Of a stretch of 10,845 nt of DNA, positions 7,140-10,845 are shown piece by piece. The stretch's first letter is position 1. The number at the start of each line of letters is the position of its first letter. The stretch is from Candidatus Woesearchaeota archaeon (GTDB lineage: Archaea; Nanobdellota; Nanobdellia; UBA10117). The position numbers and the translations under genes are program-made. The stretch is taken from contig JAHFKX010000004.1 of the NCBI GenBank assembly GCA_023245115.1, forward strand, positions 1 through 10,845. Direction: 5' to 3'. Below the pieces are notes generated by a model. That model saw only the letters and a list, made by a program, of their open reading frames with translations, was not told the origin of the DNA and searched no databases.

Positions 7140-7447
7140 AAATAGAGATTGGAAACTCTATTTCGCGGAATATATCGCGATTTATGAAAAATGCGCTAAA
7201 ATCCCGCTCTTCAGAGCGCGGGATGTGACAAAATGTTTCATTTTGCCACCTCGCCGAACAAGTTCGGCGTTGAAGCGCATTTTCCATTCCAAAAACTTGC
7301 CATTTAAATGAGCATCGTAAAACCACGGGCTTCAACGAAAATGCGTAGCATTTTCGGGTGCTGGAAAATCCCATAGGATTTTTCACATAGCCCGTGGATA
7401 TGAAAAAATGTTTACATTTTTCCATCCGCAAACTCCTAGAGTTTGCG
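7140..7447 (-). ncRNA. Candidate structured non-coding RNA of unknown class (about 12 helices, one 4-way and one 3-way junction)
   Basis: Helices read directly from the sequence. H1 7140-7163 (8 bp). H2 7163-7180 (5 bp). 4-way junction with closing stem 7184-7196/7275-7287, enclosing hairpins 7201-7224, 7225-7249 and 7252-7269. H4 7298-7314. 3-way junction with closing stem 7323-7331/7389-7397, enclosing 7336-7356 and 7364-7384. H6 7400-7425 (11 bp). H7 7427-7447 (9 bp). About two thirds of the nucleotides are paired. A-C mismatches at 7187/7284, 7228/7246 and 7403/7422 are G-U wobbles only on the minus strand. Confidence 0.55.
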
Positions 7448-7470
7448 TTAGATGCGAGCAGCGAGTTTTT

Positions 7471-7478
7471 GTTATATC
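7471..7478 (-). promoter_or_regulatory. Weak TATA-like element (minus strand GATATAAC) that could drive the structured RNA independently
   Basis: Applying the window's 21-nt TATA-to-start spacing predicts a start at about 7449, 1-2 nt before the first helix (7447). The box is weaker than the others. Confidence 0.25.
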
Positions 7479-7495
7479 GTTTAAGTAAATAATTT

Positions 7496-8221
7496 TTAAT
7501 TCATAACCTGAGATTCTTGGTATAAATTAACTTCTGTGTCTCCATTCAGCCAAATAAACTTGCAATTCCCTTTGGCACGCCGCGCAATCTCGCTAAGCGA
7601 TTCTTTTGATGGGCTTTTGAAGACACAGCGTTGCGCGCCTTCCCCGCTGTACTTGCCGGCAGATTCAAAAACGAATGTGGAATCTTCTACGCCTTGAAAT
7701 GCATACCAACTAACAGTGCCTTTAATAGTTATATCGCAGTGCTGAATATATCTGAGACATTTTGGCGGCAAGTCTGCAACAATCGTCAGCTTCAGCGGCT
7801 TATTGCTGGTGCCAGCTATGCGTGTCTGTATGTTTAATGACCGCAGGTGTGTTAGGTTCAGCGTAAAATTATTATAATTTTTGTTGTAAGCCTGCTGGAC
7901 AAGCAAGGCTAAGAAGTTGCCTGTGCGTTCAAAGTTTTCATAGTCTTCATAAGTAACAACGCGGCTTACAAATTCATTAATTGTGTGGGGCGTAACTTTT
8001 ATTATTCCTAAGATAGTTGCGGCGTACCCTGGCGCTGCTGCATCAACATAACGTGGCGGGAATAGTTGTGATATGTTTTGGCGTAGGTATTTCTCGTAAA
8101 CACGAAACAACTTTTCCAGCCGGCTTTCTAGCTTTTCATCTATCTTGACCTTGAGCTGTTTCTCTTCATTCAGCGGCTCCAAATCGCTTAATATGCCCCG
8201 CAGGTTGTTGGATTTTTTCAT
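7496..8221 (-). CDS. Hypothetical protein, paralog B of a tandem pair (241 aa)
   Basis: Long ORF. Clear homology to the upstream gene: LSDLEPLNEEKQLKVKIDEKLESRLEKLFRVYEK vs LRDLEEPTPEKQLRVEVDEDLDDKLEKIFKLYKK; VTPHTINEFVSRV vs ITPHIIEEFVLRL; TGNFLALLVQQAYNKNYNNFTLNL vs TGVFISTLISISYKQGHNNFHIPL; GNCKFIWLNGD vs EGCKFYLIKDG. Its ATG overlaps the upstream stop (ATGA at 8218-8221). Confidence 0.75.
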   Translation of the reverse strand: MKKSNNLRGILSDLEPLNEEKQLKVKIDEKLESRLEKLFRVYEKYLRQNISQLFPPRYVDAAAPGYAATILGIIKVTPHTINEFVSRVVTYEDYENFERTGNFLALLVQQAYNKNYNNFTLNLTHLRSLNIQTRIAGTSNKPLKLTIVADLPPKCLRYIQHCDITIKGTVSWYAFQGVEDSTFVFESAGKYSGEGAQRCVFKSPSKESLSEIARRAKGNCKFIWLNGDTEVNLYQESQVMN

Positions 8222-8937
8222 GTTTCTGCAATTAATTCCTCTTTCCCGTCTTTTATTAGGTAGAATTTGCAGCCCTCGCCAGCACCCTTTGCGTAGGTAT
8301 CTAATACGTCCCTGCGCTCGCTTTTGAGTGTACAGTTAGTTGCATAGCCAGTAATTCTGCCGTCAAGGCCAGTCCAGTCAGTTGGCATGTCAGTCAGCTT
8401 CACAGTTAAATTCTTTGACCTATCTAAACAGCCATAGTCCGGCGAGCCGACTACAGAAATTTCAATGGGCTTGCCTGTTTCTCCATCCAGACGGCCGCAA
8501 AGATACATTATAGATTCCAAACGCTCGCTGGCAATCAAAGGGATGTGAAAATTGTTGTGGCCTTGTTTGTATGATATGCTAATCAAAGTGGAAATAAATA
8601 CCCCTGTGTTTTCGGAAAAATTATGAGCAGTTTTTGATTTGTAATATTTTTCAAGCCTTAAAACAAATTCTTCAATTATGTGTGGAGTTATAGTAACTTG
8701 TTTTGCCAGCGTTTTCAGCCCTTTTTCTAATCCGCGTGCCAGCACCCATGAATCAAATTTATATTCATATTCCGGGAATCTAGCAGCATATGTTTGTTCC
8801 AATGCGAGTTTTTTGTATAATTTAAAAATCTTTTCAAGCTTGTCATCTAAATCTTCATCTACCTCGACCCTGAGCTGTTTTTCCGGCGTTGGTTCTTCTA
8901 AATCTCTAAGTAATTGCCGAGCTGCATCCCGTTTCAT
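8218..8937 (-). CDS. Hypothetical protein, paralog A of a tandem pair (239 aa)
   Basis: Long ORF with a TATA box 21 nt upstream of its ATG. Charged helical N-terminus and a Cys-containing, beta-rich C-terminal half. Paralogous to 7496-8221. I recognise no family. Confidence 0.75.
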   Translation of the reverse strand: MKRDAARQLLRDLEEPTPEKQLRVEVDEDLDDKLEKIFKLYKKLALEQTYAARFPEYEYKFDSWVLARGLEKGLKTLAKQVTITPHIIEEFVLRLEKYYKSKTAHNFSENTGVFISTLISISYKQGHNNFHIPLIASERLESIMYLCGRLDGETGKPIEISVVGSPDYGCLDRSKNLTVKLTDMPTDWTGLDGRITGYATNCTLKSERRDVLDTYAKGAGEGCKFYLIKDGKEELIAET

Positions 8938-8958
8938 ACCTATTTACGCAAGCAAACA

Positions 8959-8966
8959 CTTATAAA
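8959..8966 (-). promoter_or_regulatory. TATA box TTTATAAG for the paralog operon
   Basis: 21 nt upstream of ATG 8937, consistent with a leaderless transcript. Confidence 0.5.
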
Positions 8967-8985
8967 CTGAACGTATAGTTAGTCC

Positions 8986-8992
8986 AAAAAAA
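8986..8992 (-). terminator. Oligo-T tract (T7 on the minus strand), archaeal-type terminator candidate
   Basis: A7 on the plus strand equals T7 on the minus strand. It lies downstream of the orphan gene fragment's stop (9055) and upstream of the paralog-operon promoter. Confidence 0.3.
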
Positions 8993-9035
8993 TCGGCGGT
9001 TTCATGGCTAATCAGCAGAAAAACTGCATTTGCAC

Positions 9036-9059
9036 TTTTTCATAAAATTTTTCATTAAA
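9036..9059. repeat. Tandem 12-nt direct repeat TTTTTCATAAAA / TTTTTCATTAAA
   Basis: 11 of 12 positions are identical between the adjacent copies, and the region is AT-rich. Confidence 0.5.
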
Positions 9060-9135
9060 TCATTTTTAGCAGGGCCGCATCTTCAGAGCATTGGTTTGTG
9101 CGGGTATGCGGTTGGCTGGCTTGCTGCGGAAAGGT
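9055..9135 (-). pseudogene. Orphan 3'-terminal fragment of a paralog of the 133-aa secreted-protein gene (9658-10059)
   Basis: The minus-strand frame reads ...KTFPQQASQPHTRTNQCSEDAALLKMI*. The intact gene ends ...PTFTVEQIRPSRCLPRTNQCSEDAVGISVR*. Both share RTNQCSEDA followed by exactly 6 codons and a stop. The nucleotide core is 21/24 identical. Confidence 0.45.
9081..9104. repeat. Direct repeat core, copy 1 (CTTCAGAGCATTGGTTTGTGCGGG)
   Basis: 21/24 identical to 9684-9707. Weaker similarity extends across 9055-9135 vs 9658-9747, with a 9-nt length difference. Confidence 0.7.
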
Positions 9136-9142
9136 TTTTATA
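9130..9142 (+). promoter_or_regulatory. BRE/TATA-like promoter core AAAGGTTTTTATA
   Basis: Same 11-mer as at 3318 and 5222. TATA octamer 9135-9142 lies 22 nt upstream of ATG 9165. Confidence 0.45.
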
Positions 9143-9164
9143 GCCATAAGGTGCACATAATCAC

Positions 9165-9671
9165 ATGAATAATAATAAATTTTCGTTCAAAGATGGGCTG
9201 GTACATAGGCTTAGGTCGCAGTTTGGGTATGGACTATCACAAACTCCGCAAGGATATTTGTTGGCAACAAGACGCAATATTGGGCCGTTTGGTGGGCTGT
9301 CTGTTTTTTGTATCGGCAACGCGGATGGCCAGACAGAAACACTGCAGTCCATCACTAATTTTATAAATAGCACGTATGATCTTGGCGAAGAAGAACTTAG
9401 ACGCGTAGCAAAGATGTCGCCGGTTAGGTCGCGTGTTTATTTTTCTGTATTAGTATCAGAATCACATTTTCCAGAAGATTTAATAAGTATTTTAAAAGAT
9501 ACTCATGAGAATCGTAATATATTTGCATACGAAATTCCTGTTTTAGTCGAGGCGCAGCCCTTCAAAATAACTAAAATATTTCCATGGCAGTTTTCTGGTA
9601 TGGGGCTTTTTCCAGTATTCTGGTTGCACTTAAGAAGCGTATTAAAAGACACGCCAATTAGCGCACGCTAA
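9165..9671 (+). CDS. Hypothetical protein (168 aa)
   Basis: ORF with the conserved promoter at leaderless spacing and no family I recognise. Its 3' end overlaps the convergent 133-aa gene by 14 nt. Confidence 0.6.
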   Translation: MNNNKFSFKDGLVHRLRSQFGYGLSQTPQGYLLATRRNIGPFGGLSVFCIGNADGQTETLQSITNFINSTYDLGEEELRRVAKMSPVRSRVYFSVLVSESHFPEDLISILKDTHENRNIFAYEIPVLVEAQPFKITKIFPWQFSGMGLFPVFWLHLRSVLKDTPISAR

Positions 9672-10059
9672 TTCCAACTGCGTCTTCAGAACACTGGTTT
9701 GTACGGGGAAGGCAGCGAGATGGCCGGATTTGTTCAACCGTAAAGGTTGGCCCCTTACCACCATTAAAAATCCACGCAGAGCCAAGGGTGAATGCAGCTG
9801 GCCTGAATTTTGCCCCGTTGAGTTCGAACTGCAGAGTTGTAGTTACGCGCATTAAACCCTGTTTACTCATATTTACATTTATACTAACGAGATAAATTTT
9901 ATATGTGTCGCCTTTAACAATTTTATTGTCTACATATGTGAACGGCGCATTCTTTGTTACTACGCCTTTGTTTTGCAGTCCTATAAGTTGTGCATGAGCA
10001 ACAGGCACACTGAACAGCAGAATTGCTAATAGCAATATAATCATATGCTGCGATTTCAT
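9658..10059 (-). CDS. Small secreted hypothetical protein (133 aa) with an N-terminal signal peptide
   Basis: MKSQHMIILLLAILLFSVPVAHA|QLIG has the n/h/c regions and an AxA-type cleavage site. The mature part is beta-rich. TATA lies 21 nt upstream of the ATG. Confidence 0.7.
   Translation of the reverse strand: MKSQHMIILLLAILLFSVPVAHAQLIGLQNKGVVTKNAPFTYVDNKIVKGDTYKIYLVSINVNMSKQGLMRVTTTLQFELNGAKFRPAAFTLGSAWIFNGGKGPTFTVEQIRPSRCLPRTNQCSEDAVGISVR
9684..9707. repeat. Direct repeat core, copy 2 (CTTCAGAACACTGGTTTGTACGGG)
   Basis: Lies inside the 3' end of CDS 9658-10059 and matches 9081-9104. Confidence 0.7.
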
Positions 10060-10063
10060 TTAG

Positions 10064-10078
10064 TTGCTAACGTAGCAA
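10064..10078. promoter_or_regulatory. Inverted repeat TTGCTA-acg-TAGCAA between the TATA box and the start of the 133-aa gene (operator candidate)
   Basis: Perfect 6-3-6 palindrome. It lies in the 21 nt between TATA 10081-10088 and ATG 10059, the usual position of archaeal repressor sites. Confidence 0.3.
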
Positions 10079-10080
10079 GG

Positions 10081-10088
10081 TTTATAAG
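10081..10088. promoter_or_regulatory. Shared TATA box TTTATAAG for the divergent secreted-protein genes
   Basis: 21 nt from ATG 10059(-) and 24 nt from ATG 10113(+). The context AAGGTTTATAAGCTTT is nearly palindromic. Confidence 0.45.
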
Positions 10089-10112
10089 CTTTACTACTGC
10101 ATAATAGCTAAA

Positions 10113-10845
10113 ATGATAAACAGTATTTCGGCCCCAAAAAATTTATTTAAAAAAATAGCAGTTGTAATAACGTTGTGCTTATTTTTGTTAAGCTATGTGC
10201 CTGTTCCAGCGCATGCTGCGCTCAAGCTGACGTTCGACGTTGATAAACCTAATAGCGTTTATATTTCGGGTAAAGATAAAGTAACGTTTACAATAAATAA
10301 CACCGGACAGGATATAATATACGTTGACTGTAACGGGATATTAGTCGGACAACTGCAGGCCAATGGCCAGACAGATTTCATAACACAGGAAATGCATTCC
10401 TGCTATGTGCTAGCAGGTGCTAATGTGCCAATATCTTATGAAGTAGATCCAGGTCAAACACATACATGGCAATGGGACCAGAAAGATGATGTGTTTCAAA
10501 AGCAGGCTCCGAACGGAAAAAATTATTATGGGGAAATTGTAGTATACACTAGTTTAGTAACAGGTGCTTCTAATACATATACTACTTCTTATTTTAGTAT
10601 AGATTCTAATGGCGACGGTGATGGAGTTCCAGATAGTCAAGATATGTGCCCGCAGACTGCAGGCACTGGAAGCTGGGGAAGTGCTGTTGGTTGTCCGGAC
10701 TATGATAATGATGGTATACCAGACAAAAAGGACGATGGAAGCCAAAACGGGTTTAACGGTACTGATGCATGCCCAGGAGATCCATCACAAAGCCAAGAAT
10801 GGAATGGCGCACAGAAAGAAGATTATGAGGGCTGGAAAGACACCG
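10113..10845 (+). CDS. Secreted protein with thrombospondin type-3-like calcium-binding repeats, C-terminus beyond the window
   Basis: My own translation; not in the track because there is no stop inside the window. Signal peptide MINSISAPKNLFKKIAVVITLCLFLLSYVPVPAHA|ALKL. It is followed by a beta-rich domain and then Asp-rich repeats DSNGDGDGVPDSQDMCP and CPDYDNDGIPDKKDDG (DxDxDGxxDxxD pattern). Confidence 0.75.
   Translation, partial: MINSISAPKNLFKKIAVVITLCLFLLSYVPVPAHAALKLTFDVDKPNSVYISGKDKVTFTINNTGQDIIYVDCNGILVGQLQANGQTDFITQEMHSCYVLAGANVPISYEVDPGQTHTWQWDQKDDVFQKQAPNGKNYYGEIVVYTSLVTGASNTYTTSYFSIDSNGDGDGVPDSQDMCPQTAGTGSWGSAVGCPDYDNDGIPDKKDDGSQNGFNGTDACPGDPSQSQEWNGAQKEDYEGWKDT

Noticed and set aside
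7206-7219. CUGAAGA on the minus strand resembling the hammerhead ribozyme CUGANGA core
   Set aside because: The bases lie within a simple hairpin (stem CUC/GAG with loop UGAA), not at a three-way junction. The complementary GAAA and cleavage-site elements are absent.
7105-7431. 108-aa minus-strand ORF in the track (MRMEKCKHFFISTGYV...) covering the long gap
   Set aside because: It starts with TTG and has no TATA box at the standard spacing. Its composition is odd (rich in C, F, R and S). It is built almost entirely from consecutive nucleotide palindromes and nested long-range stems, which is far better explained as RNA structure. An open frame of this length is not very improbable by chance at about 40% GC. 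It cannot be fully excluded without comparative data.
7140-7447. Possibility that the hairpin cluster is a CRISPR array, a REP/MITE array or a set of DNA operator palindromes
   Set aside because: The hairpins are not identical repeats with regular spacers. No terminal inverted repeats or target duplications are visible. The nested long-range stems and the strand-specific G-U wobbles are not expected for DNA-binding sites.
9036-9059. Tandem 12-nt repeat as a possible regulatory or replication-related iteron
   Set aside because: There are only two copies, of low-complexity T/A sequence, in what looks like decayed 3' flanking DNA of the orphan gene fragment. It is recorded as a repeat feature but not interpreted further.

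Overview
Compact, gene-dense window of about 40% GC. It reads as archaeal, probably a small-genome DPANN-like lineage; this placement is inference. The grounds are A/T-rich TATA boxes at a fixed 21-22 nt upstream of most ATGs (leaderless mRNAs), plus Elp3, a TrmB-family regulator and a dCTP-deaminase-fold enzyme. I support 13 protein-coding genes. Two run off the window edges and are missing from the ORF track: a GT2 glycosyltransferase at 1-722(-) and a secreted calcium-binding-repeat protein at 10113-10845(+). The recognisable genes are elp3, sppA, a dcd-family gene, a bacterial-type RNase III and a TrmB-family regulator. The rest are lineage-specific hypotheticals. Convergent gene ends are 4-10 nt apart or overlap. 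The 658-nt non-coding gap at 6838-7495 therefore stands out. Positions 7140-7447 of that gap form about 12 helices, including a 4-way and a 3-way junction. Four A-C mismatches on the plus strand become G-U wobbles only on the minus strand. I read this as a structured RNA I cannot assign to a known family. It lies directly downstream of two translationally coupled paralogous genes of unknown family (8937->7496) and upstream of the only SD-led gene, the TrmB-family regulator. Other observations: an identical 11-nt promoter core (AAAGGTTTTTA) in front of three hypothetical genes; two bidirectional promoters built on one shared TATA box; and an orphan 3' gene fragment that makes an imperfect direct repeat flanking the 168-aa ORF at 9165-9671. 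No CRISPR array, tRNA, rRNA, transposase or integrase was seen.
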